From NCBI GenBank assembly GCA_963767925.1, contig CAVYGB010000008.1:1504001-1568000 (forward strand): a stretch of DNA of 64,000 bases, given 5' to 3'. Below, piece after piece: positions 9,812 through 19,809 of this stretch. The stretch comes from an uncultured delta proteobacterium. GTDB lineage: Bacteria; Myxococcota_A; Polyangia; Fen-1088. The first letter of the stretch is position 1. Each line of letters starts with the position of its first letter. A program made the position numbers and the translations under genes. The notes under the pieces were generated by a model that saw only the letters and a list, made by a program, of their open reading frames with translations, ran no database searches and was not told where the DNA came from.

Positions 9812-10732
9812 TCAGAAGCGGAACAGGGGATCGACCCCCAGCGCCACGAAGAGCCCGGTCAGGTAGACCAGCGAATAGAGAAACAGCGAGCGGGCCCAGG
9901 TCCGCAGGGCCGCCGGCTCGGCGCCGGCCGGGGGGACGCGCAGGGCGCGCCGAAGAAACCCCAGCCCCAGCCCCGCCGCCGCCACCGCGTACACCGGGCC
10001 GCCGAGATCGAGGGGGACCGGCCAGAACGAGACCAGCACCAGGATCAGGCTCGACACGACGATCGTGAACCGGGTCAACCGGGGGGTCTTGGTGAGCGAG
10101 AGGACCTTGAGGCCGGCCTGGGCGTATTCCTCCTCCCGGAAGGCGGCGATGGCCGCGAAATGAGGAATCTGCCAGACGAAGAGGATGGCGAACAGCGCGA
10201 GCCCCCCGGCGTCGACCCGTCCAGTCGCCGTCGCCCAGCCCATCAAGGGCGGCAGAGCGCCCGGCACCGCACCCACGTAGAGCGCCACCGTGGAGACCCG
10301 CTTGAGCGGGGTGTAGCCCCAGACGTAGGCATAAAACGCCAGCAGGCCCAGGGCCGCCACCACGAGGCCCCCCCCGGAAAACAGGAGGGGGACCGCGGCC
10401 GAGGCCAGCAGGGCGCCGAAGGAGAGGGCGACGAAGGGGGCGATGCGCCCCTCGGGCAGGGGACGCCGGCGCGTCCGGCGCATCAGCCCGTCCACGTCCC
10501 GCTCGAGGTACATGTTGATGGCGTTGGCCGCCGCCACCAGCAGCGTCGTCCCGACCAGCGCCATGAGCGTCCGGTCGAGCGAGATCTCCACCGGCGCCAG
10601 CAGAGCCCCCGCTCCGAAGGTGAAGACCACCATCCCCGTCACGCGCGGCTTGGCGAGCTGGGCGAGATCCCGCAGGAAGGCCAGCGCCCCTTGCAGGGTG
10701 CCGACCGCTCCGGGTGTGCTGAGGGCTTTCAC
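9812..10732 (-). CDS. cyoE: Heme o synthase (protoheme IX farnesyltransferase)
   Basis: AKPRV, NMYLERDVDGLMRRTRRRPLP, YTPLKR, GAVPGALPPLMG, WQIPHF. Confidence 0.95.
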   Translation of the reverse strand: MKALSTPGAVGTLQGALAFLRDLAQLAKPRVTGMVVFTFGAGALLAPVEISLDRTLMALVGTTLLVAAANAINMYLERDVDGLMRRTRRRPLPEGRIAPFVALSFGALLASAAVPLLFSGGGLVVAALGLLAFYAYVWGYTPLKRVSTVALYVGAVPGALPPLMGWATATGRVDAGGLALFAILFVWQIPHFAAIAAFREEEYAQAGLKVLSLTKTPRLTRFTIVVSSLILVLVSFWPVPLDLGGPVYAVAAAGLGLGFLRRALRVPPAGAEPAALRTWARSLFLYSLVYLTGLFVALGVDPLFRF

Positions 10733-10778
10733 GCTGGTTCCGGCTGGCTCGGCTACCCGCTTCGTGCTGCTTTCTAAT

Positions 10779-11492
10779 CTACTTGGCGGCGAACTCGAGC
10801 TTCAGCTCGACCGGCTTGCCGTCGGTCACGGTCACTTCCTTGGTCTGGCTGCCGAAGCGCTCGTGCCAGATCTCGAGGGTGTACGTGCCGGCCGGAACAT
10901 TCGCGATGTTGAACGTACCATCATCGCCGCTGAGGGCGAAGTGGGGATTGTCGGTGACCAGCACGAAGCCCGTCATCCACGGGTGGACGTCGCACTTGAA
11001 CTTCACGACGTCTCCCACCGTGGGGAACTTCTTCTTGTAAGGCGCCGTCCCCTGGATGTGGGCCAGGTTGAACAGGGTGGCGGTCCCCTTGTAGGTGTGG
11101 ACGTTGTGCAAGGTGGCGTCGCTGTTGCGAATCTCCACCGTCTGACCGGCCTGCGCGACGAGGACGCGCGGGCGGTAGCGACAGCCGTTCTGATCCATCA
11201 CGGCCGGCGTGCTCGGCGGGGCGGGGGGCGTGGCGATCCCCTTGGCCACCCGGACCACGACGTTCTTGAGCACGCCGCCGGCCCCCACCACGACCTCCTC
11301 GTCCTTGGCCGCCGGTTGCTTGGCGCAGAAGGGGTCCGCTTTCATGTTCACGGTCGCAGCTTCCGGCGCCTTGCCGGTGAGCTTGACCGACCCCTGGATG
11401 GTCCCGGCTGCGAGCGCCGGTGCGGGCGAGGCGAGCAGGGAGAAGAAGCCGAGCCCGAGCGAAAACACGAGAGGAGTCGACAGGGTGGGCAT
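10779..11492 (-). CDS. Secreted cupredoxin-like / carboxypeptidase-regulatory-like domain protein
   Basis: Signal peptide; DQNGCRYRPRV, HNVH, CDVHPWM (Cu-ligand-like), VPAGTYTLEIWHE. Confidence 0.8.
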   Translation of the reverse strand: MPTLSTPLVFSLGLGFFSLLASPAPALAAGTIQGSVKLTGKAPEAATVNMKADPFCAKQPAAKDEEVVVGAGGVLKNVVVRVAKGIATPPAPPSTPAVMDQNGCRYRPRVLVAQAGQTVEIRNSDATLHNVHTYKGTATLFNLAHIQGTAPYKKKFPTVGDVVKFKCDVHPWMTGFVLVTDNPHFALSGDDGTFNIANVPAGTYTLEIWHERFGSQTKEVTVTDGKPVELKLEFAAK

Positions 11493-11709
11493 GGTGCCGC
11501 GGCTCTTAGCAAGCGCGTCGCTCGGAGTCAATCTCGATCGTGCCAGCAAGTTCGGCTGTTTCATCTCGTCGATCGAGACGGCCTGCACGGGTGAGATCTT
11601 CACGCGCGTCCGCACCGCCCGCCAACCGGCAGCGGCGGCCGATCAATGCGTTGCGCTGCCGACGGAAGCGCTCGCGCGTGCGCACCAGGAAAGATAATCT
11701 CGCGGTGCC

Positions 11710-13227
11710 ATGGGCGGTTTCGTGCCCGATCGCGAGGGCTTCCTCGACCTCCTGCACGGAGGCCGGCTGGCCTTCGTTTACCGCGAGGAGCTCGCCGACT
11801 CGCTCACCCCGGTCTCCGCCTTCGCGCGGCTGGGCCGCGGACCCTATTCGTTCCTCCTCGAGAGCGTCGTCGGCGGAGAAAAGTGGGCCGCCTACAGCTT
11901 CCTGGGGGTGCGCCCCCGCGCCGTGTTCCGGGCCCGCGGCCGCACGGTGGAGATCCTCCGTCCCGAGGGCGCCGACTTCATCGTGGCCGAGCGGCGAGAA
12001 GAGGTGGACCCCTTCGCCGCCCTGGGCGCGTTCGTGCGGCAGCTCCCGGCGGCGGTCCCGCCTGGGCTGCCCCGCTTCTTCGGCGGGGCGGTGGGCTGGC
12101 TGGGCTACGATGCCGTGCGCTGGTTCGAGCGCCTGCCCAGCACCGTTCCCGACGAGCTCGGCCTGCCCGAAGCCTGCTTCGCCCTGACCGACACGGTCGT
12201 CGTCTTCGACAACCTGCGCGGGACGATCAAGGTCGTGGCCTGTGTCGACGCCGGCGCGGGGGACCCCGGCCGGGCCTACGACGACGCCTGCGCGCGCATC
12301 GAGGGGGTGCTCGACAAGCTGGCCCAGCCCTCGCCGCCGCTGCTCCCGCTCGGCGTCACCCCCCTCGACCCGGCCAGCCTCCCCCAGCCCAGCTCCCGTA
12401 CCCCCCGCGAGGCCTTCGAGGCGGGCGTGCGCAAGGTCCAGGAATACATCCGGGCGGGGGACGCCTTCCAGGTCGTCCTCTCCCAGCGCTTCGATCTCCC
12501 CCGGCAAGGCGTCGACCCGTTCGACGTGTACCGCCTGCTCCGGGTCATCAACCCGTCGCCCTACATGTTCCACCTCGAGTTCCCCGAGGCGGTCGTCACC
12601 GGGGCCTCGCCCGAGTGTCTGGTCCGCCTCGACGGCCGCCAGATCGAGGTCCGCCCCATCGCCGGCACGCGCCGCCGGGGCCGCACACCCGACGAGGATC
12701 TCGCCCTCGAGCGCGAGTTGCTGGCCGACGAGAAGGAGCGGGCCGAACACGTCATGCTGATCGATCTCGGCCGCAACGACGTGGGACGGGTGGCCGCGCC
12801 GGCGACGGTGAAAGTGGACGAGAAGATGCTGGTCGAGCGTTACTCCCACGTCATGCACCTGGTCTCCAACGTCAGCGGCACGCTGGCTGACGGCAAGGGC
12901 GCCGCCGAGGTGATCCGGGCGGCCTTCCCGACCGGCACCCTCTCGGGCGCCCCGAAGATCCGGGCCATGGAGATCATCGAGCAGCTCGAGCCCGCCCGGC
13001 GGGGCATCTACGGGGGCGCCGTGGGATACCTCTCGTATTCGGGCAACGCCGATCTGGCCATCGCCATCCGCACCCTGGTCACCCGGGGCGACTCGATCCA
13101 CGTCCAGGCCGGGGCCGGCATCGTGGCCGACAGCGTCCCGGAGCGCGAGCACGAGGAGTGTGTGAACAAGGCCCGCGCCGTGGTCCAGGCCGTCGAGATG
13201 GCCCGGCGGGCGCGGAGCGGGGGTTGA
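11710..13227 (+). CDS. trpE: Anthranilate synthase component I
   Basis: FLLESV, GDAFQVVLSQR, NPSPYM, PIAGTRRRG, EHVMLIDLGRND, GTLSGAPK. Confidence 0.97.
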   Translation: MGGFVPDREGFLDLLHGGRLAFVYREELADSLTPVSAFARLGRGPYSFLLESVVGGEKWAAYSFLGVRPRAVFRARGRTVEILRPEGADFIVAERREEVDPFAALGAFVRQLPAAVPPGLPRFFGGAVGWLGYDAVRWFERLPSTVPDELGLPEACFALTDTVVVFDNLRGTIKVVACVDAGAGDPGRAYDDACARIEGVLDKLAQPSPPLLPLGVTPLDPASLPQPSSRTPREAFEAGVRKVQEYIRAGDAFQVVLSQRFDLPRQGVDPFDVYRLLRVINPSPYMFHLEFPEAVVTGASPECLVRLDGRQIEVRPIAGTRRRGRTPDEDLALERELLADEKERAEHVMLIDLGRNDVGRVAAPATVKVDEKMLVERYSHVMHLVSNVSGTLADGKGAAEVIRAAFPTGTLSGAPKIRAMEIIEQLEPARRGIYGGAVGYLSYSGNADLAIAIRTLVTRGDSIHVQAGAGIVADSVPEREHEECVNKARAVVQAVEMARRARSGG

Positions 13228-13230
13228 TCG

Positions 13231-13802
<572 letters not shown>

Positions 13803-13806
<4 letters not shown>

Positions 13807-14878
13807 GCGCCTCGGCTCCGACCGTCGACGCCGGCTCGGCCTCCGGCGCTTCCCTGGATCTCCGCACGGCGCTGGCCCGCGTCGTCGAGCGCGGCGACCT
13901 CACCGCCGACGAGATGGCGGTGGTGGTGGGGCGGATCATGGACGGGGAGGGGACCCCCGCCCAGGTGGGGGCCCTGCTCACCGCGCTGCGGATGAAAGGC
14001 GAGACAGTGGGCGAGGTGGTGGGAGCGGCGCTGGCCATGCGGGCCCGCATGCTGCGGGTCAAGGCCAGCGACGGGGTCCTCGACACCTGCGGGACGGGTG
14101 GGGACGGGTCGGGGTCGGTCAACATCTCCACCCTGTCGTCGCTCATCGTGGCGGCCTGCGGGGTCAAGGTGGCCAAACACGGCAACCGGGCCCTCTCCTC
14201 GCGCTCCGGCTCTCACGACGTCATCGAGGCGCTGGGGATCGATCCCGCGCCCAGCCCCGACCTGGCGGCCCGCTGCCTGGACGAGGTGGGCATCTGCTTC
14301 ATGTTCGCGCCGGCCTACCACGCCGCCACCAAGTCGGTGGCGGGCGCCCGCCGCGAGCTCGGCTTCCGCACGCTGTTCAACCTGCTGGGGCCGCTGACCA
14401 ACCCGGCCGGCGCCCGCCTGCACCTCAACGGGGTCTTCTCCCGCGAGCGCTGCGAGTTCCTGGCCCGGGCCCACAAGGCGCTCGGGTCGCGGCGGGCCCT
14501 CGTCGTGCACGGAGGCGGGTTCGACGAGATCGCCCCCGCCGGGCCCACCCTGGTGGCCGAGCTGAGCGCCGACGGCAACCTGCGGACCTACGAGATCATC
14601 TCCCAGCTCCTTCGGCCTGCCGGAGGCCGATCCGGCGGGGCTCGCCGGGGGTGAGCCCGCGGTCAACGCCCGCATCTTGCGCGAGGCCCTGGCGGGCGCG
14701 CCCGGGCGCGGTCCGGCTGTCGGCCTTGATGAACGCGGCGGCGGCGATGTACGTGGCGGGCGCCGCTCCCGACTTCGTGACCGCGGCCACCCGGGCGGCT
14801 CAGGCCCTCGACAACGGCAAGGCCATGGCGGTGCTCGAACGGTTGCGGGCGCTGGCCCCCGCGCCACCGCGGGCGTGA
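13803..14878 (+). CDS. trpD: Anthranilate phosphoribosyltransferase, two apparent +1 frameshifts (~14598, ~14705)
   Basis: [38 protein letters not shown]-terminus continues in shifted frames ([29 protein letters not shown]). Confidence 0.93.
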
Positions 14879-14895
14879 TCGGGCAGGCCCCACCC

Positions 14896-15676
14896 ATGAT
14901 CCTCGATCGAATCGTCGCCCAGACCCGCATCACGGTTGCACGCGCGCGTCAGGCGGTGCCCCTGGCCCGCCTGGTGCAACTCGCCCGGCAGATGCCCTGG
15001 CCCCGCGACTTCGCGGGAGCCCTGCGCGGCGGCCGCATCGGCTGCATCGCCGAGTTCAAGCGCCGGTCTCCCTCGGCCGGCTGGCTGCGCGAGGGGTCCG
15101 ACCCGGCCCAGATCGCCCGCCGGTACCAGTCAGCCGGGGCAGCGGCCCTGTCGGTCTTGACCGATGAGCCATTCTTTTCGGGCAGCCTGTCCGACCTGCG
15201 GGCGCGCCCGGGCGGCCACCGCCTTGCCGGTGTTGCGCAAGGACTTCATCGTCGACCCGTACCAGATCGTCGAGGCCCGGGCCGCCGGCGCCGACGCCAT
15301 CTTGCTGATCGTGTCTGCCCTCACCGACCCCGAGCTGAGGGCCCTGATGGCCGAGGCCGGCCGCTGGGACCTGCAGGTGCTGTGCGAGGCCCACGACGAG
15401 GCCGAGATCGACCGGGCGGTCGCCGCCTCGGCCCGGATCGTCGGGATCAATCAGCGGGACCTGCGCACCTTCGGCGTGGATACCACACTTGCACTCCGAC
15501 TGAGGCAGCGGGTACCCAACGGTCGCATCGTGGTGGCCGAATCCGGGATCCGTTCATCAGACGACGTAGAGCGCTTGCGCGCAGGCGGCGTGGACGCGAT
15601 CCTAGTGGGTGAGGCGTTGATGCGCGCTCCTGACCCCGGTCTCGCTCTCAAGCAGCTCCTGGCCCCTCCCTCATGA
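14896..15676 (+). CDS. trpC: Indole-3-glycerol phosphate synthase, one apparent frameshift (~15204)
   Basis: MILDRIV, IAEFKRRSPS, SVLTDEPFF in one frame; LRKDFIVDPYQ, GINQRDL, AESGI, LVGEALM in the next. Confidence 0.93.
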
Positions 15677-16309
15677 AGTTCATGGTGAAGATATGCGGCG
15701 TCACGCGGCCCGAAGACGCCGCCTTCGCCGCCGATCAAGGGGCGACGGCCATCGGCCTGAACTTCTGGCGCGGATCCAAGCGGTTCGTCGAGGACGCGCA
15801 GGCGCGCGAGATCCTCGCCGCCCTGCCGAGCACCGTCCTCTGCGTGGGCGTGTTCGTGAACGCGCACCCGCTGGTGGTCACCGAGACCCTCTCCGATCTG
15901 GGGCTGGACATGGTCCAGCTCCACGGCGACGAGAAGGTCGGGAGCTGGTCCGAGATCCCCTCCAAGCGGATCGTGCGCGCCATCCGGGTCTACGACGAGG
16001 CCTCGCATGAAAGAGGCGCTCGCCTGGGACCCGGCCTTCTTCATCTACGACGCCCATACCCCCTCCTTCGGTGGGGCGGGCGTGACCGCGCCCTGGTCGA
16101 TCATCGCCGCCGGCGCCCGGCGCCCCTTCCTGCTGGCCGGCGGGCTGAGCCCGGACAACGTGCGCACGGCGATCGAGACGGTGCGCCCCGACGGCGTCGA
16201 CGTCGCCAGCGGGGTGGAGTCGAGCCCGGGCATCAAGGACAAGCGCACGCTCGCCGCCTTCATCCAGGCGGCCCACGAAGCGGCCCGCGCGACCGGCGCC
16301 GAGGTCTAG
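15673..16309 (+). CDS. trpF: Phosphoribosylanthranilate isomerase, one apparent frameshift (~16006)
   Basis: VKICGVT, VGVFVN, VQLHGDE; then GGAG, LAGGLSPDNV, GVDVASGVE in the shifted frame. Confidence 0.93.
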
Positions 16310-16315
16310 CCTCCG

Positions 16316-16957
16316 TCAGGTGCGGGTGAGAACCCGGGCGGTGGGCCCGCGGCCCTCGCGCAGCACCGCCACCCATTCGTCGACCAGGCTGACGACCGTG
16401 GAGGGCGCCCCGTCGAGCTCGCCGCCGTCGAGGATGAGGTCCAGCCTGGTTCCGAACTCGTCCTGGATCATCTTCGCGGTCGTGAGCGTGCGTCCGTCGG
16501 GGGCCTTGGCGGTCACCGTCACGAGCGGGAGGCCCAGCCGCCACAGCAGCTTCTCGCACAGCCGGCTCTGGGGGATGCGCACCCCGATGGTCGGCCGCTG
16601 CGGCAGCCCCGCCGAGTCGGCCACCTTGGGCGCGGCGACCAGCTCGGCGCAATACGGTCCGGGGAAGATGCGGGTCAAGACCCGGTAGGCCGGCTCGTTG
16701 ACCACAGCGTAGTGGGGCAGGGCGCCGATGTCGGGGAGCATGAGCGTGAAGGGGCGCTTGCTCGTGTCGATGCCGCGCAGATTCTGGATCCGCTCGGCCG
16801 AGGCCGGCTGTCCGAGCACGCAGCCGATGCCGTAGAGCGTGTCGGTGGGGAAGGCCAGCACGCCGCCGCCGCGCACCACATCGAGCGCGCGAAGCAAGAT
16901 AGCCTCGTCCGGCTTGTCCGGATTCACCTCGACGATGGGAGCGACGGGAGTGGTCAC
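16316..16957 (-). CDS. Sua5/YciO/YrdC family protein (threonylcarbamoyl-AMP synthase-like)
   Basis: FPTDTLYGIGC, FPGPY, TIGVRIP, LILDGG, PSTVV. Confidence 0.9.
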   Translation of the reverse strand: MTTPVAPIVEVNPDKPDEAILLRALDVVRGGGVLAFPTDTLYGIGCVLGQPASAERIQNLRGIDTSKRPFTLMLPDIGALPHYAVVNEPAYRVLTRIFPGPYCAELVAAPKVADSAGLPQRPTIGVRIPQSRLCEKLLWRLGLPLVTVTAKAPDGRTLTTAKMIQDEFGTRLDLILDGGELDGAPSTVVSLVDEWVAVLREGRGPTARVLTRT

Positions 16958-17050
16958 GTGACCGGGCCTCCGTGGCGTTTACCGTGCGCCGACCACGAGC
17001 GCAAGACATCCCCGCGCGAGGGCGCAACCCACGACAAGGTATGGGCTAGA

Positions 17051-19162
17051 TTGCGCCTGGTGCCCGGTTCCTCATCCGTCGCAGCGGTTACGCTGCTGGC
17101 CCTGGTCATCGCGGAGCCCGCGCTCGGCTGGGCCCGCGGTGCGCACCGTGTCTCGATCGACGTGCGTGGGCCCCTGGCCCTCGTCGAGGTGGAGCGGCCG
17201 CTGGTCTTCGGCGCCGAATACGGCCGGACCGCCTCCGACGAGGTGGTGGTGGACCTGGACCTTCCGGAGGGCGCGCTGCTGGCCGGGGCCGAGCTGAGCG
17301 AGCGGGGCCGATCGCTGCGCCTGACCGCCACCGCCGCGGCGGAGGCCGGCCGGCGCTACGGAGATGCGACCCAGGCGGCTGGCTGGCGGGCGGCCAAGGT
17401 GCCCCTCGACGAGGGCGTCGACCTGCGCCTGCGGGTGGCCGGATCCGGCCTGGGAGAGGCGACCGGCGCGGCGGGCTGGTCGCTGCGCTACCGGTTCGTG
17501 GCGCCGCTCGCCTGCCGTGACGGACGGCTGCGCCTCGCCATGCCCGGCTCGCTCGACCCCGGCCCCACCGAGGCCGAGGTGACGATCCGCCTGCAGCTCG
17601 GCCGGACCGCCTCGCTGCTGGAGATCGACGGCCGCCCCCTGCGCCCGACGGGCAGCGGGGTGGCCCGCGCGCGCACCTCCCTGTCGGTCGGCCGGGCCTG
17701 GACGCTGGAGGTCGGCACCGCAAGCACCGGCCCGCAGGCCGCCGTGGGGATCGCCTTCGCGGCCGGCGCCGCCACGGCGGCGGGACATGGCCTGCTGGCC
17801 GTGACGGTCTGCCGTCCTCCGGCTGCCAGCCCACCGCCGGCGGCCAGCCGGCTGATCCTCCTCGTCGATCGATCGCGCAGCGTCGGACCGGGCGGCGCCG
17901 CGGTCGCCCGCGACCTGGCGAAGGCGCTGGTCCTGGCCCTGCCCCCCACGCTCGCCTTCAACGCCATCTTCTTCGATCGCCAGGCCGAGCCGCTCTTCCC
18001 GCTGCCCCGCTCGGCCACTCTGGAAGCGCTCGGCGCCCTGGAGGATGCCGTCGGGCTGGGCAGCCTGCGCAACGGGACCGACCTGGCGCAAGCGCTGCGG
18101 CGGGCAGCCCTGCTGACCGCGGCCGAGGTGGGCGGGGCCGCGCCCGCCTACTGGATCACGCTCACCGACGGCGCGCTGTCGGACGAGGACACGCCCGAGC
18201 GCCTGCGGGCGGCGCTGGCCGGGCTGGGCCCGGATCGGGTGAAGGCGGCGATGCTCGTCCTGAGGCCGGACGGCGATGACGCCCCGTCGCCGGAGGCCCG
18301 CCGGGCGCTGGCCGAGGTGCCTGGCCGCCTGGGCGGGCTGCTGCGGGAGCTCCCGGCCAGCGCGGCCAGCGCGGCGGCGCCGGCGATCGTGGCGGGCCTG
18401 CGCGGTCCGGGCGATCTCATCCACCCCGCGGTCAGCGGGCCCGGGATCGAGCGACCGCAGGACTTGACCCCCATCTCCATCCCTCCGGGCGCGGGCGGGC
18501 AGGTGCTGGCCCGGACCACCAGCCTCGCCGCCGGCCGCCTGGTGGTCCGGGGCTCCCTCGCGGGCGCGGCCGTCTCCCTGACCGCTCCGGTTGTCGCGCT
18601 GGGTGCGTCCTGGGGACGGGCCCTGCTCCCCCGCGCCGAGAGGCTGGCCTGGTTGAAGGCCCGCGCGGGCAACGCCGTCCTCCTCGCGCCGGCGGCGGTC
18701 GACGCCCCGCCGGAGCCGCCGGCGATGCGCGGTCGGATGGAGCGCGACGTGGTCCAGCGGGCGCTCGGCTATGCCTTTCTGCCCCGCGCCCGGGCCTGTT
18801 ACCTCACGCGCGCGATAAAGTCGGCCGCCGACTTCCTGCTCAAGGGCCGGCTGCGCCTGGAGCTGCACCTCGAGCGGGGCGAGATGATGGGCGCGGCCGT
18901 CCGGCGCTCCACCCTGGGCCGTCCCGACATCGAAGCGTGCCTGCGGGAAGCCGCCTTCGCCGTCGAGGTGCCCCGGGCCCTGCACAGCGACGCGCCGGTG
19001 ATCGCCGCCCTGAACCTCGTGTTTCGCCCGCGCACCGAGGCCCGGGTCAGCGACGCCGGCGCCGGCGACGACGCCATCGACCGCATCCTGGGACCGATGC
19101 CACCGCCCTCCGACCCGCTCGAGCTCCTGATCGAGGACGCCGGCCTCCAGCCTGCGCCTTGA
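17051..19162 (+). CDS. Secreted VIT-like/vWA domain protein with C-terminal AgmX/PglI (TonB-C-like) domain
   Basis: Signal peptide; MIDAS DRSRS, NGTDL, LTDG; C-terminal RACY...KGRLRLELHL...STLG...EACL; start approximate. Confidence 0.7.
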   Translation: MRLVPGSSSVAAVTLLALVIAEPALGWARGAHRVSIDVRGPLALVEVERPLVFGAEYGRTASDEVVVDLDLPEGALLAGAELSERGRSLRLTATAAAEAGRRYGDATQAAGWRAAKVPLDEGVDLRLRVAGSGLGEATGAAGWSLRYRFVAPLACRDGRLRLAMPGSLDPGPTEAEVTIRLQLGRTASLLEIDGRPLRPTGSGVARARTSLSVGRAWTLEVGTASTGPQAAVGIAFAAGAATAAGHGLLAVTVCRPPAASPPPAASRLILLVDRSRSVGPGGAAVARDLAKALVLALPPTLAFNAIFFDRQAEPLFPLPRSATLEALGALEDAVGLGSLRNGTDLAQALRRAALLTAAEVGGAAPAYWITLTDGALSDEDTPERLRAALAGLGPDRVKAAMLVLRPDGDDAPSPEARRALAEVPGRLGGLLRELPASAASAAAPAIVAGLRGPGDLIHPAVSGPGIERPQDLTPISIPPGAGGQVLARTTSLAAGRLVVRGSLAGAAVSLTAPVVALGASWGRALLPRAERLAWLKARAGNAVLLAPAAVDAPPEPPAMRGRMERDVVQRALGYAFLPRARACYLTRAIKSAADFLLKGRLRLELHLERGEMMGAAVRRSTLGRPDIEACLREAAFAVEVPRALHSDAPVIAALNLVFRPRTEARVSDAGAGDDAIDRILGPMPPPSDPLELLIEDAGLQPAP

Positions 19163-19197
19163 CCGAGGGGCCAAAAACGCCTAGACCACCTCTTTTC

Positions 19198-19800
19198 ATG
19201 GGTTCGTTGCGCGATCGGCGCCGGCGCCACGATGTCTTCTTTCGCAAGGCGCGGGAGCAGGGCTTCGCGGCGCGATCGGTCTTCAAGCTCGAGGATCTGG
19301 ACCGCCGGTTCCGGCTCCTGCACCCCGGCGAGCGGGTGCTCGACCTCGGCTGCCGCCCTGGCTCCTGGCTGAAATATGTCCTCGGCGTGGTGGGCACCCA
19401 CGGGCGCGCCGTCGGGCTCGACCGGAAGCCCCTGGACGCGCCCCTGCCCGGGGCGCGGGTCGTGGTGGGCGACGTCTTCACCGTGACCGACGCCGAGCTG
19501 CTCGGTGAGGAGCGGGCCTTCGACGTGGTGCTCTCTGACATGGCGCCCGACACGACCGGCATCCGCTCGGCCGATCAAGCCCGCTCGGCCGATCTGGTGA
19601 AGGAGGCCTGCGGGCGCGCCGAGCGGCTCCTGGCACCGGGGGGGCGCCTGGTGGCGAAGGTGTTCCAGGGTCCCGACGTGGCCGTCTTGCGCAAGGCGCT
19701 TCAGGCCCGCTTCGGCGAGGTCCACCTGGTCAAGCCGGAGGCCTCCCGGGCCGCCAGCACCGAGCTTTATCTCGTCGCCAAGGCGTTCGCTCCGGCCTAG
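19198..19800 (+). CDS. rlmE: 23S rRNA Um2552 methyltransferase (FtsJ/RlmE)
   Basis: ARSVFKL, VLDLGCRPGSW, LSDMAP, KVFQG, KPEASR..STELY. Confidence 0.93.
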   Translation: MGSLRDRRRRHDVFFRKAREQGFAARSVFKLEDLDRRFRLLHPGERVLDLGCRPGSWLKYVLGVVGTHGRAVGLDRKPLDAPLPGARVVVGDVFTVTDAELLGEERAFDVVLSDMAPDTTGIRSADQARSADLVKEACGRAERLLAPGGRLVAKVFQGPDVAVLRKALQARFGEVHLVKPEASRAASTELYLVAKAFAPA

Positions 19801-19809
19801 GTTGGCGCC

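Noticed and set aside
11500..11709. trp attenuator leader or sigma-54 promoter before trpE
   Set aside because: No Trp-codon leader peptide, and TGGCACG lacks the correctly spaced TTGC.
14590..16010. Programmed frameshifting in trp genes
   Set aside because: No slippery heptamers at the shift points and no precedent known to me; error or mutation is simpler.
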